From positions 4,663,775 through 4,727,774 of the forward strand of contig MU053482.1 in NCBI GenBank assembly GCA_013239625.1: DNA of 64,000 nt, in the 5' to 3' direction. Position 1 is the first letter of the stretch; every line of letters begins with the position of its first letter. Under the pieces are notes generated by a model, which made no database searches, was not told the DNA's origin, and saw nothing but the letters and a program-made list of their open reading frames with translations. Shown one piece after another: positions 49,020-62,493 of this stretch. Made by a program: the position numbers and the translations under genes. This stretch comes from Lama guanicoe. Taxonomy: Eukaryota.

Positions 49020-51289
49020 GGTCTGTATAGGTGACTGTTACGTACCAATTTTTCACACTTTAACCGTTCAAAATAATTAATAAGGCCAAGGAAGGACTGA
49101 TTACACACTCCTCTTTTTTCTCTTCCTTCCATCTTAGACAACACTGAACATAACTTGGAAACAGACGTGAAGAGCTGGCTCAGAGTTCATGTCTCTGCAC
49201 AGCTCTTTAGTATCTATTTAGTATTTGGTATCTGTTTTCCCTGCTAGAATTCAGGCCCCATGAGATGGCCCAAGATACCTGTCCCTGCAACCATCTCTTG
49301 TCCATTCCAGCCCAGGGTCTGCAGGGAGTTCACACTCAGTAAGGATACCCTGAATGAATGCAGGCCAGCTAAGGGCTGGGGTCCCTGCCCACAAGGAATC
49401 TCCAGCGTATGAAGAAACAGAGAAGCAAGCAGATGAAGCCAGGACAGTAAGACGGAGGAAAAGACAAAAGAGGATGACTCTTTTTAGAATGTCCGTAGGA
49501 AGAGGGCAGTGTCTGTTGCCGATCCAATTGGCTGTGGGAGCAGGAGAGCCTGTGGTACCCCCATGGATGGCCCATCTCTCCCACCCCTTCGACTGGACCA
49601 GGATGGACTCCTGTCTAAAGCTTGACCCATCAGATTCTTTCCTGGATTTTTAGGCTGGGAACACCACTGTTTAGCTGCTTGAGGACAAAAGCCAACACAC
49701 AAAGAGAAAGTTAATGAGAGAGATGGAGAGAGATTTAGAGAAATGAGACTCTATGAGCCTGCGAGGTGGGTGATGGGAAGAGAGGAGCTGCTTCATCGCG
49801 TGATGTCACTCTGGTTCTTGGTTCTCCTCTTTCATGCGTCCGAGACTCAGCTGCCTCGTCTGCCCTGAGACTCCATGAGATGTTTTGGGATTCTTCTTAT
49901 ACACTTCCCTTTGGGTTTCTGTTACTAGCTATTAGGCTGCCTTAAATGTCTGGGGTGAGTCTGCCTATATTTTAACAAGGCAATCCTCGTCAAGGAAAGT
50001 TTGCATTAGAGGAGGTTATTAGAAATTGAATTAGAAATAGAAGGCTACCAGGTCCGACAGGACAGGGACAAGTCAGCCAGGGGCCTCCTCTCCTTTGCTA
50101 GCTGACCTCTGACCGGCAGTGCCAGCCACCAATTTCATCAAAACCTCCCAGCTCCTGCCTGCAAATTGTGATTATTCTGAAGAAATGGATGCCAAGATTT
50201 TTCTGAATGGAAACTCCATCTGGCTTTGGAAAGTGTTCATGTGGATTCAAGGTTTCCATGAGTAACTGCCCCTGAATATCCAAAACATACATTTCAATTG
50301 CCAAGTTTCCGTGTGTGGGTAAAGAGACCCAGAGGACCATATCCTGGCCATCATCCTTGGAACACAGCACCTGAGGGATAAGCCCCGAGCCTAGCTGTCT
50401 TCCTTTCGAATTTAGCAGGTGGATTCATATGCTCTGTTAATTTCTGCATGTGTATCTGAAGTGGAGGATGACTCAGGAGCAAGAGAATTTTGGTAGAGCC
50501 AGTGCCAAAAGTGAGTGAAGAATTGTTGTTATTAGCCAACTATAGAGGAAGAACATCTAGAAATGCATTTCTACCCAATTCTCTCCATGGCCCGGGAGCA
50601 GGGTGGTGTGTTTATTTCTTCCCTGGAGCCGTTTTCAATGATGGCTTCATAATAGAATCACCTGGGAAGCTTGCTAAACAATGCAGATGCCTGGGTGCCC
50701 TTTGGACATGCTGATTAAGTAGGTAGGAGAGGGAGCACTTTGGGGTACATTCTGCAATGAGCTTTACTGAGGATTCATTTGTCATTTGGCTTTGGCATCG
50801 TGGCTTACCAAAAAGCTCTCCTCTCATGCCATCAGCCTGTCCCCTGACCTGTGCAACAGCCAGCAACACTTGCGTCCCCATGATGTGGCTGGAAGCTGCT
50901 GGAGAGAGGAAGGCTGCACTTGGATCCGGATGGTCCTGAGTTTGAGTTCTGGCTCTGACCCTAACTGCCATGACCTGAATATCCCAGGATTCTCTAGCTT
51001 ATGGGCACATTACTGCCTAAACCACAGGGCTCTTTGCCCGCACCTGCTGTCACTAAGATAATCTGGGAAGTCCCCAAGGGATGTATCTGCATCTGCAATC
51101 CAGTCCACTACCACTGTCTCCTAGAGAGTTGTGTCATCTTGAAGATAATGAGCCGAAACTTAATGTGTGAAGATTTCAGCAGCCTGCAGGGTGTTTCCAG
51201 TTAAACTGGGGTGGCTACTGTTGGTTTTTGTTGAGATCCTGGCTGGTCAGCAGGGAAAAGGAATGAACATACACACAACAACAAAAATG

Positions 51290-51570
51290 CATCTTGAATG
51301 CATGATGCTAAGTGAAAGAAGTCAGACTCAGAAGGCTATATGCTGATCCCATTTATATGATGTTCTAGAAAAAGCAAAGCTAAAGGGACTACAAACAAAT
51401 CATTAGTTGCCAGAGGGTAGGACGGAGGGAGGCACTGACTGTAAAAGGGCACAGGGACATTTGGTTGTGGCGGTAGACATACAATATTGGTATACATTTG
51501 TCAGAACTTGTAGAACAGTCCACTAAAAACACTGAATTTAATGCACGTAAATTATACCTAAATTAAAAGA
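51290..51570 (+). mobile_element. Ancient L1M 3'UTR fragment
   Basis: ATGCTAAGTGAAAGAAGTCAGACTCA..CCATTTATATGA..GTATACATTTGTCAGAACT motifs. Confidence 0.75.
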
Positions 51571-52876
51571 AATTGGGGGGAAAAAGAGGTAAAATAACTT
51601 GCCCAAGGTCTAGGTCAGGGATTCAAGCGGGGGTGTGGGATTCCTGAATCCAGACTTTGAGCTGCTCTGCAGCCTGCGGCTCAGGAACCTCGGGAACCTC
51701 GGCAGCTTGCAGGGGAAGGGTCACCTCCCGGGAGACGCTCTGTCCTTGGTCAGGAATATCAGATTAAGAAGCCTGCAGTGGGGGCATCATGGTGTGGGCA
51801 AAAGAACTGTGTTCTTGTCATGGTTTTGCTACCGTCTAGGTTTATAATCTTAGATAAGCTAATTTCTCTCTCTAAACTCTAGTTTTCTCATCTTTTAACC
51901 AATCTCTCCTTTGTGAGATGCATTGCCGTGGCATCATAAAGGGCAGGGGCCCCGGAATGACCTCAGCTCTGTGTTATTCTCCAGTCAGGTGACTGGGACA
52001 AGTCTCTCCACATCTCTGAGCCCCACTTTCCTTATCTATAAAAGGAAGGCAGGAACTGCACCTACCTCCCAGGACTGTTGTGAGTCTTACAAGGAATAGC
52101 TCCTTAAGCCACTTAGCAGAGCCCCTGGCATGGAGCAAGCACCAGGGAGTGTCAGCTATTATGGTATGATCGCCTCCGCATCCTTGCAGGGTCCAGCCAA
52201 CAAAGCTGTTGCAAAGCGGACAGGGAACAGAGCTCCCTTTGTGTGCACTCAGCTGGGGCTCCAGGGAAGGCTGGGTGAGGGGAGTGTCCCTGGCAATTTT
52301 GCTTAGACATGGAGGGTGATGGAGGGTCTTGAGCAGACAGCTCTTCTCTGTTTACGAAGGCAAACCTTTTGTCTGCCTCGGTGCAGTGTCGCCAGCACGG
52401 CTGGGTCAGAAGAAGTTCACATAATAAACACGCTCTGTACCCAGAGCACGCTCCCATCCACACTTAGGTCCTGCTGCTGAGGCTGTCACATTTTAAGCTC
52501 TTTTTCCTTTCTTTCTCATGGTCTGCACATCCCTTCCTGCAGTATGATTTCCATCCAGCCCCTCATGATACATGAGCAAGATTCAAATGAAGGGACCTAC
52601 CCAAAGCCCCACTGTTAACAGGGGAAAGACGTCCTACCTTGGGAGCAACTTGGATAGATACTGCTAAAATTGTGTCTCTTCATTTACATCCCTCTGTCAT
52701 CGTCACTCTGTGTCTGCTCTTTCTTAGTCTAAAGCAAACACGTGGAGTGGGTCTGTTTGCTTACTATCCCTGCAAGACCCTTGCTAGTTTGATTGTGTTG
52801 TTTTGGAGATTCACCCGCTGGCCGGGAGGCTGACCAACACTGCCGGGCAGCCCATGCCAGCACTCACCACCTTTTA

Positions 52877-53030
52877 GCTGGTGTTCTCAAACTTCAGCAA
52901 ACGTCCGAACTGCAGGGGGCAGGGAAGCGGGTCTTAAACACAGGCTCCTGGACGGGGCCCTCAACTCAGCATCTCTAACAAGTTCCTGGGTGACCCGAAT
53001 ACTATCTGTTCAGGGACCAAACCTTCATCA
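52877..53030. mobile_element. MER5A-like hAT MITE
   Basis: GTGTTCTCAAACTTCAGC ... CATCTCTAACAAGTTCCTGGGTGA ... CAGGGACCA. Confidence 0.55.
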
Positions 53031-53299
53031 TTGCTGGGGGAGATACCAAGCTTCACCGGAGATCAGAAGACGGGGCAGTGTTGCTGGTAGCACCCCAGCC
53101 CAAGCGAAGGAGACAGTATGACTGTGGCTAAAATCAAACGGAAAACTGAAGTGTTTTCCGAGTTTTGTATTTTACTTTCTGCCAGCAGCTACATTTTTTT
53201 TTAATAATTTGAGTTCAAATTTTCTTGACTGGGTTCAAACTGAGAACCAAGAGAGGAGAAATTGGTGAAAGATCTCAAGAAAACGAATGGTGGTAGCAT

Positions 53300-53875
53300 G
53301 CATCTGTATTCGTTCCTTTTTCAGGCTGATAATACTCCGTGGTGTGAATACCCAACAGTTTGCTCCTCCATTCATCCACCGATGACTTGAACTGCCTCTA
53401 CCTTTTGGCTGCTGCGAATAGTCCTGCCGTGAACATACATGTACCCGTACTTGTGTGGGGACCTGTTTTCAATTCTAGGATTGCAACTGCTGAGTCGTAT
53501 GATAATTCTATATTTAACTTTTTGAGAACCTGCCAAACTGTTTTCCACAGTGACTGCACCATTTTACATTCCTACCAGCAACACAGGAGGGTTCCAGCCT
53601 CTCCACATCCTCACCAATACTTATTTTCCATTTTTTTTTATTATAGCCATTCTGATGGGGGTGAAGTCATTTTGATTTGTATTTTTCCAGTGACTGATGA
53701 TACTGGATGTAAGGTGTAAACTGTTGAATGTATTTTCACATGTCTGTTGACTTTTTCTTCTTGGGAGATGTGCCTATTTAAGTCCTTTGCCCATTTTTAA
53801 AAGTGGGGCTGCTTGTCTTTTTGTTGTTGAGTTAGAAGAGCCCTTTACCTGTTCCAGATGCTACACCCTTATCAG
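53300..53875 (-). mobile_element. Ancient L1M ORF2 3' fragment
   Basis: Reverse complement of the L1 C-terminal region (AACTGTTTTCCACAGTGACTGCACCATTTTACATTCCTACCAGCA, CTCCACATCCTCACCAA). Confidence 0.85.
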
Positions 53876-54567
53876 GTACCTTCTTCACTATCTTCGTGTC
53901 TCTCAAATGTCACCTTATCTGAGGGATCTCCAAACCACATCTAAGATAGCAACTCTCCTCATCATTCTCTGTCCTCTGCTTTGGTTTCTTAATAGCATTT
54001 ATCACCTCCTAAAATACACAGAATATTCTTTCTCTCTCTCTCCCTCTGTGTATGTATGTGTATGTGTGTGTGTGTAGGTTTGAAGGTCTCTCTTTGCCCT
54101 CCAGAATGTCAGCTCTATAAAAACAGATGAACAGAGGCTTTGCTGTTTCGATCATCTCTGTTCCCAGCTCCTAGAACAGAGCCTCACACGTGGGAGCACC
54201 TAACGAATCCTTGCTGAATAAACAAGTGCAAAACAGTGTGCGCACAGCACCGTGCGTCTGTCAGCAGAGGACTGTCCCGTGTTAACCCTCTGTACCTGGT
54301 GAAATTTGCAAATTGTAGACGTAGTACCTACGCAAAAAATTAAAAGCAAACAAATGAGTTGTTTTAAAACACAATGTTGACTTCAGAGTTAGACCAGGGT
54401 TGAAATCCCAGCTCTCAGCTTCTGTTACTCTCAGCCCCAGGCTTCACATCTGTAACATGGGCACAATGACATTACCTACCACCTGGGGTTGTCAGGTGCG
54501 TTAATAAGATTGTGCGGGTAAAGGGCCCTGGGCTGGGGATACTGCGAACAGTGAATGAACCGTACAA

Positions 54568-55315
54568 GTGGTTCTGACACTTCTGACAGGGTTTTCCCAC
54601 ACCAGCCACCAGTCTGCAACACCCTGGATGCTGACTGGGTGTCCAACAACTCAGATCAATTCTGATGCTATTCACCGGGGGTTAGTGCAGACCCTCAGGT
54701 CAAGGCCCACACGACCATCCCCGTTTCTGATGCCAGTCACGAGTCCCAGCTACTTCTGACCAGCTAGTTATAACGTGGGGCTCCATGACCCTCACCCTCA
54801 GGTTCAACAATTTGCCAGAAGAGCTCCCAGATCTCAGGAAAGAGCTTTACTTGCTATTACTGGTTTACTATAAAGGAAACAGCACAGGAACAGCCAATGG
54901 AAGAGACGCACAGGGCGAGGTATGTGGGGAGGGGTGTGAAGCCCTCTCTGGGCGGGCCACCCTCCCAGCACCTTGAGGTGCTCACCATCTGGGAAGCTCT
55001 CCGAACTTTGTCACTGAAGGGCTCTCACAGAGGTTTCACTACAGAGGCACAATTCACTGAATCAATGGTCACTGATGAGTAACTCCATCCAAGCCTCTCC
55101 CCTCCCCGAAGGTCAGGGGGTGGGGTTGAAAGCTCCAACCCTCTAATCAAGCCCTGGTCTTTCTGGTGACCTGCTCCCACCCGGTAGCTGTCTAGGGACC
55201 CCCAGCCACCAGTCATCTTATACCGAGATGACACTCATCGTTTCAGAGATTCTGAGAGTTTTTGGAGATGTGTACCAGGAACTGGGGGCAAAGACCAAAT
55301 ATGTATCTCCCATGG
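54568..55315 (-). mobile_element. MER21-like LTR
   Basis: CTGGGTGTCCAACAACTCAGATCAATTCTGA, GAAAGCTCCAACCCTCTAATCA and CCAGGAACTGGGGGCAAAGACCAAATAT resemble the MER21 reverse complement. Confidence 0.75.
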
Positions 55316-56147
55316 TACTGCAGGTTATTAGGCAGATCCTCAAAGAAGAGAGAGAAAGAGCAAGAAAAACACAATTTAAACCTTGCTCCCTGGGTCTAAG
55401 CATGCTTTCTTACTTTTGCTAGATGCACGGCTGGAAGAGCCCTTGAAGTTCTGCGCGCGGCGAAGGGGAGCTCATGCATCAGAGACTCTGTCGTGATGCG
55501 CTCTGCGGCCGGGTTAGGTGGCCACAGCCAGCGTCCTGAGCCACCAGCACACACAGGAGTAAAACCAAATTGTGGCCAGGTGGACATGAAATTCCTTTAA
55601 AGAGGGACTGAGCAAGCCAGCTGACATTAAAATCAACTCAAGTTCACGGGGCATGCCCTTCTTTGTTGCCCAGCCTGGATGCACTCCTGGAGCCCAAGGT
55701 CAGGGGACAGGACGAGCCTCGTGGTGCAGCGAAAGATTCCTGCAGCTGCCGGCTTCTGAATGGAGGCCCATCTTCTGCTTCCTGCCCCCCCCCCAGCTGC
55801 CTGGACTTTCTGCTGTGCTGCTAAACCAGTTTCCTGGGAGTCACCTGAAAGGGGGGCTTACTCAGCAGCTCGGGAGCAGACCGGAGAAGATCAGGAGAGA
55901 TGCACTGAATGCAGCCTTGGATGACTCAGGTAGCTCCCAAGAGAGCAGGTCCGTGGCCTCTGCCCAGCCCCTGGCGTGTCAGCCTCTTACCTCAAGCACA
56001 CGTGGTCGTTGTGTTGTCAGTTCCTGTTGCAGTGCTTGGGGCTTTGTCCCTTGGTTTGTAACTTTTGAATCATCCTCAGTGAACCACGACATCTTGAAGG
56101 CAGGTGCATTGTCTTATCATCATTTTTCAGTCCATTGTGCAGGAGGG

Positions 56148-56359
56148 CAAGGCTTCCCCACAGGCAGTGTCATCCCTAAGGGGCAAGAGTTGGTCTTAGG
56201 GGACAAAAATATTCTTATGTTTATATTTAAAGCATAGATGTACATACAGTATGTAAACAGATACGTGGTACTAAAATTTTATGGGGGGAGGCAGTTAGAA
56301 AACATTGCCTAAAAGGGCTTGTAGGGGAGACACTTACCAAAAAAGCCCGAGAAACCCTG
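56148..56359. mobile_element. hAT-type MITE remnant
   Basis: About 210-bp element with AAGCATAGATGTACATACAGTATGTAAACAGATA core and GAGAAACCCTG end; family uncertain. Confidence 0.45.
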
Positions 56360-56834
56360 GAGCAGGTAAAGAAGTCAGAATCTACAGGTCTTAAGATGGA
56401 GATTTTGATTCCTTTTCCTCATCCTGTTGTGAGAATGAAATGAGATAACGGGAGGCGTGGGCACGCAGCAGACATGCAATGAAAGTAAGATCTCTTCCAC
56501 TCTGGCGGCTGCCTGAGAGTGTCCACCTTCCAGAACCTGGTCTTGCCCAGTCTCTGCTCTGTCAGCTGCCTACCTGTGCCCCTGCACTTCGGGTGCTGCA
56601 AGCACAGGTGAGGATGCCCGTCATTCGGGCTTAGCAGGCTGCCGTGATTCACAGGTGAGGCAGGACCACACCCAGCCGGGAAGTGCAGCCTCGTGCCCTG
56701 CACCACTGACCACCTGCACTGGGACCCCATGAACAGTCCCTCTCCAGAGCCACCTCTCCCCCTGCTGGCTGGTGGTCCCTCCTCTGCGTCCAGCCCCACA
56801 GAAGGCAGGAGAAAAATATCTGACAAGAGCACTC

Positions 56835-57248
56835 TCAAAAGGGCTCCTGTGATCAAAAGGACAGATAATAACAACTGTTGGAGAGGATGGGGAGAAATTG
56901 GAACCTGCACACACTGCTGGTGGGGATGTAACATGGTGCAAGCACTTTGGAAGAGTGTCTCAGTTTCTCAAATGGTTCAACATAGCATTAGCAAATCATC
57001 CTGCAATTTCATTCCTAGGTCGGTATCTACCCACGAGAAAGAAAAACATATGTTCCCACAAAAACTTGTACATCAATGTTCGTGGTAGCATTACTCATAG
57101 CAGCCCAAATGTAGAAAAAACCCAAATGTCTAGCAACCATGAATGATCAACACAATGTAGCATATCCATACAATGGAATCCTATTTGGCAATAAAAAGAA
57201 ATGAAGTCTTGATACATGTTCCAACATGGATAAACCTGATGCTAAGTG
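56835..57248 (+). mobile_element. Ancient L1M ORF2 C-terminal fragment
   Basis: Translates to KRTDNNNCWRGWGEIGTCTHCWWGCNMVQALWKSV; frameshifted. Confidence 0.85.
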
Positions 57249-58660
57249 GTTATTTCTGTGCTTGCCCCGTCTATCTGAAGAGCTCCAGTGGCTTGTCTTG
57301 CTCATCCCTGTTTCTCCAAGTCCCCAGCACTCGTTCTTGGGCATATTAGAGTTTAGAAAATAGCCACTAGATTGAATTGCTAATTATTGCTTCCCCTGTT
57401 CTCACCAACACTGAGTCAGTGCTTGTTAAGATCACACAGCTAGCTCCCTTTAAAGGTTCTCGTTTTAAATCTAACTCCTGATATATTATACTATTAAATA
57501 TGCTATCCAACTTATCCATTCCATATGCCTCAGGACCTAACGTGCAGTGATCCTTAGTAGGTAGGTAGGAAATGTTAGCTAAATGGATGATTCCAACCAA
57601 AAGAATGCTGCCAGGAGCCCAGCACTGTCGGAAGCCTGCTTTCCCCTAGAGGGTTACCGTTCAGAGTGACAGGAAAGAAAGACCAGCGAATCCTTGTGTG
57701 CTGTCAGCTTGCCTCCTCTCAAGACATCTGCCCAGGGTTTCTGTCTATGTGGATTTTGGAAATGATAGTAACATTTGCAGCATCTTAATTACTTGTCTCA
57801 GGAACCAAGCGTATCTATTTCAATGTCTGTGTCACATGTATTTATTCAGTCAATGAAGAGTTAAGAGGCTTACAATGGACCAGCCATGACGCCTGGCTCT
57901 GAATATATAAAAATGAGGAAGTCAGGGTCCTATTCTTAAGGAACAGAGACTTGCTCTCACTTTTTTTTTTTCCATCAGCTTGGGAACCAATACCTAACAG
58001 CCTCCTCCTTCATTTTTTTAAAGTGTTTCCCACCAAGCCTAGAATAAACTCAGCTCTAGACTACAAGTGTAGAATTGTCGCAGGAGACCTGGGTGCTAAT
58101 CTTCTACTTTATTTTTTTAATTGACACTCGCTCACTCGCTCTATGCTCCAGAGTAAGTCAGGCGGCCTCTCTGTGCCTTGGTTTGTTCTCAGATCCCTGG
58201 GGTATCCTCTTACCTTTCCCGACTCTCAGGGACAGTGTGAGCGTCATGCAGGACCACAGTTGCTGAAAAGGCTCGTGGTGAACAGAGCTGGATGGACGTG
58301 TCATGCATGACCATCATTCTGCCCTGGGCTGTCATCACAGTTGGAAGAGAATCTGGGCAGAAGTCAGAGAAAGCAGAAACTGCCTTTATTTCTCAGCGGA
58401 AACCCCTGCCCTGGGGACTTAGATTTAAAATAAAAACATTTAAAAGTAGCTGTGTGGTCTTGAACAAGTCATTTCTCCTTCCTGAGTCTCAGCTTCCTCA
58501 TACGTGAAACAAGGGTGTGGGATTAGATTGGTGGGTTTCAAACGATGCTTCAGACAATTACTCACCGGGGAGAGACTCTTCTGCCTCCACACCTGCAACT
58601 GGAACAGGCACAATTTTTAAAATTTTCCCCTTAATTTTACGTATTTGGTTTCAATGTAGG

Positions 58661-58835
58661 TTTTCTTTTCTTTTCTTTTCTTTTCTCCCTCCCTCCTTTC
58701 TTTTTCTTTCTTCCTTCCTCCCTCTCTTCCTTCCTCCCTCTCTTTCTTTCTTTCTTTCTTTCTTTCTTTCCTTTCTTTCTTTCTTCTTTCTCCTTCCTTC
58801 CTCCCTCCCTCCCCCCCCTTCCTTCCTTCCTTCCT
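58661..58835. repeat. Polypyrimidine tract, compound (TTTC)n/(TTCC)n/(CTCC)n
   Basis: About 175 bp of C/T only on the + strand. Confidence 0.95.
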
Positions 58836-59542
58836 AAGAAAATCTAAAGCTAAAACAGAAAGGAAAATAAAACCCACTGCTAAACAATCTGACACCAGCG
58901 TCCTCTGGCTCTGGCTGCCCTGTTCACGCACGCGCCGACGCACGTGCTACTGCTTAGCGTGCACGCATTCCTCCCGTATGTGTTAGGCGTGCCCGAGGGC
59001 CTCTGGGTATTGAATTCCTTTGTAGAGGAGAACTGGCGAGGAGCTGCAGCCTGCACTGCACTCAGCGCAGAGTGTTTTTCGTAGCCGCATTCCTGAGTCT
59101 GAACAACCTTTGGCAGCTGAAGGCCGAGAAAGAATTCAACAACTGGTCCAGGGAAAGCCTCTTCTTCCAAATACTGGAGTATGTTTTAGGCTCAGGTGCC
59201 GGGAGGTTTCAGGGGACTGGACGGTTGTGAGAACAGCGCCACCTTGTGGTTCCTGGGGTCACTTTCCTGAGCAGGGCCTGGGGAGTCCCAGCACGAAGGG
59301 CCGGCTGCTGGAGGGATGAACTCCTGTAACTGGGGATTCTGAAGACAAAGTGAGATGCTAAACTTTAGCCCAGTGCCTCGCACGTAGGAAGTCCTCTAAG
59401 GTTCCCTTGTCTATCCCCACCTTCTCCCACTCTGTGGACTAGGTCTGGGGGTGACAGCAATGAACCAACCCCGCATAGCCAGCGTTGGAAATCACTGCCT
59501 GGTGTGTAACAAATATACACCACAGATGCCCACCGCTTATTT

Positions 59543-59748
59543 ATCTTAACATTTCTCACAGCCACATTAAAAGAAGGAGAAAGAAACAGGTGACATTACT
59601 TTTTAATATGTTTTATTTAACCCAATATATCCAATATCTTGTCATGTCAACATATAATTAAAATAAAAATCAGTAATGAGATATTCCATATCTTTTTTTT
59701 TTTTTTGCACTAAATCCTGAAATTCTGTGTGTATTTCACACTTGCAGG
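59543..59748. mobile_element. MER33-like hAT-Charlie fragment
   Basis: GCCACATTAAAA..AAAGAAACAGGTGA..TTTTATTTAACCCAATATATCCAA..AATGAGATATT. Confidence 0.7.
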
Positions 59749-60045
59749 ATGCCTCCCTCTGCCCTTTGGCACTAAAAGCCTGCTGGAACCTTCCGGTCCC
59801 TCCCCTAAGGAGCTACTTCTCTGTCACTTAGTCACCAATGTACCCTCTGGCCCAGTGCTCGTTACTCTCTAATGTACGGCTTGATGTCCTTTTCTGTGAA
59901 TTACTGGGCTGGACTGCTGACCTCTGACATTCTTCCCTGAGGGAAGTGTTACCGTCATAAAATGAGGCGTCACCCTAACCCTGCCCTGCCTCCCTCAGAT
60001 AAGAGGCTCAGTGTGCTTTCCAGGGACTTCAGTTGTTCATGCCTG

Positions 60046-60194
60046 GTTTTTGTTTTTAATTTTTATTTTAGGGAGAAGCAATTAGGTTTATTTTTATTTA
60101 TTTATTTATATTTGTAATGGAGGTACTGGGAATGGAACCCAGGACCTCATGCGTGCTAAGCATGCAGTCTACTGCCGAGCTATACCCTCCCCCT
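60046..60194 (-). mobile_element. tRNA-derived SINE (camelid vic-1-like)
   Basis: Minus strand reads GGGGAGGGTATAGCTCGGCAGTAGACTGCATGCTTAGCACGCATGAGGTCCTGGGTTCCATTCCCAGTACC plus an (AAAT)n tail; same family as the 21.4-kb copy. Confidence 0.85.
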
Positions 60195-62282
60195 CCATTT
60201 TTCTGGCTGTCCCCCTCCCTGTCCCCCATTCACGCCCTGTCTCCCATCCCAGCTTCCTGACTCACTCACCCAGAAACTTCAGTACTAAGATGTTGCTGAC
60301 TTTGCAGCTCCCAGAAAAGGACTCCACAGTCTCAGCTGGGGATTTTTACTTTGCCCCCCAGCAATCTCTTGGGGAGAAACTGCGGTGGGCTCCTCAGACT
60401 TTTGGAGCTAGACAGAGCCCCGGGCTCCCCCGGCATGGCCTCCATGGCCCTTTGTGGGGGCCATGAAGAAACTTGTGAGGCTGAACTCTGACCAAGAGAC
60501 CCCTGCCCCATAAGCCTCTGAGGCTCAGCCTGGCATCTAACTCTCCATGGGGGCCCCACTCCCCCTGCTCCCCCACTGGGGGAACTCAAGACTCAGTCAG
60601 TTTAAGAAGCCCCACTCAGCATCTGAGCATAACTGGGGCCTGGCTGAAGAGCGCCCCGCCCACCCCGTTGTGGGGCAGGGGACATTCCCCAGAGCACAGA
60701 TGTTTCCAAACCTCACTCCCTTCCTGCACTCTGGGACTCAGACTGGCTAAGCAGTGTTGATGGAGACCCTCAGGCAACCTCTTTCTGCCGGGGAAACTGA
60801 GGCCCGAGAGGAGGAATGCTGCCAGGTGACAGGGCTAGTCAGCGGAGAGTCTCCTGTCTCCCAGCCTGGGGCTGTCCCCTCCCCTCCCCCCATCTCCAGA
60901 CTACGCAGCTCCTCTGCTGCACCTGCTGCCCCAGGTCTGCTCTGGGTAGCCCCGGAGAAAACCACTCAAACTCAGAAGTCCCTGGGGGTTGGACCCTGGG
61001 GTCTGCCAGAGGGGGTGGGGGTTGCAGAAAACAAGGCCCTGGGTGAGCTGGACCGCGCTGCCTCCGCAGCCTCACCCCAGCTGCTTCAGCTCCAGTGCCC
61101 TTCCCCCCACAGTCTCCACTTTCTGGCCTCCCGGAGCCACTTCACTTCCCCAGAGGCCCTCCCCCCTTCTCACCTCCAGGCTTGGGCCCTGGGGCGGCTC
61201 CCTCTGCCACAAACTTCTGTGAACTCAGTTCCTTTTCCTCCTCTGAGTGCAGCCAACCCTTCTCATCCTCTAAGACCTGCCCAGACATCACGCCCTTCAG
61301 CCTACTTCCCACAGTCACGTTTTGGCCACCTCCAAGCTCCTGCCAGGTTTCTCCCAGTATATCCAGGGCCTGGTACTGTTTAACGATGGAGGTGTGAACG
61401 AGGTCCTGGGTTCTGAAATGTCTTCCTTCCAGACTCACACAGAGCTTGAGCTGCCTCCCTTCCCCATCTCCTTCCCCAGGGCAGCTGGCCTCACCCCTCC
61501 TTCCATCCAAGGTGCCCTTTCCCTGTAGGAAGAGAGCTGACCCTGCTGCTGTGCCCTGCGGGCCTCGGTGAGCTGCCAGGTGGGGCCTGAGAGGTCTCTG
61601 ACAAACAACCCTCTTTGGTGGGCAGGGCCCGTCCTCCCTTCCTCTGGGCAAGCTTGTACCCACTGGCACTCTCCAAGCTGCCCAGGAGGTGGCGCCAAAG
61701 TGCTGCCAATAATAGCCTGGTGGGCGCCTGGATCCCTGTCTCCGGGCACCTGGGCTCCCCTGCACAGGGCCAGAGCCCACCAGCGTCCTGCTCTCTGACA
61801 ACCATGGGGCCACAGGCTCCTTGACGGTGAAGGTCAGGGAGGCTGCTTGGTTCGTCATCATTGCTGCCCCACGCTCAGTGAAGCTGGGCTCTGAGTCACC
61901 CTTTGTGCTGCAGCCCCAGCCCAGGGCTTGGCACTGACTGTGGTGAATGGAGGGACAGGAGGCCATGCAAGGACTGACAAGGTCCCGTGCACGTCCTGTA
62001 CTGAGTTTCTCATCATCACTATGACGTTAGTGTCCTGGGCTTGGAGGCTGGAGCTGACAGGGAACTCTGCCATCATTAAGAGCTGGTATGCCTGGAATGG
62101 GTTACACGTTGATCGCAACATTGACCCTCAGGGTCATAGCCCTTGGGGTGGCTGGGTAGGACCGAGAGGGTAGGACTCCTTGAGCCAGTGGCCCCCAGTA
62201 ACAAGCAGCCTCACTCATTGTACAACTACTGTTATTTTCTGTTTGCTCAGCATGAACATGCTTGGGAAGTAGTTGCACAGAG

Positions 62283-62493
62283 CTATACTGCCCAACATGG
62301 AGCCGCTAGCCACAGGGGACTATTTAAATTTCAGTTAATTAAAATTAAATAAAATTTAAAATCCAGTTCCCTAGACAGTTCACACTAGCCACATTTCAGG
62401 TCCTCAGTGGCCATACGTGGTTGGGGGCTACCCTATGGGACAGGATAGAAAAGAACATTTCATCATTGCAGAAAGTTTTATTGGATAGTGCTA
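62283..62493. mobile_element. MER3-like hAT-Charlie MITE
   Basis: CTAGCCAC..CTATTTAAATT..AAAATTAAATAAAATT..CACTAGCCACATTTCA..CATTGCAGAAAGTTTTATTGGA. Confidence 0.8.

Noticed and set aside
60120..60194. tRNA-like sequence
   Set aside because: It is the head of a SINE with an AT-rich tail and a degenerate B-box, not a tRNA gene.
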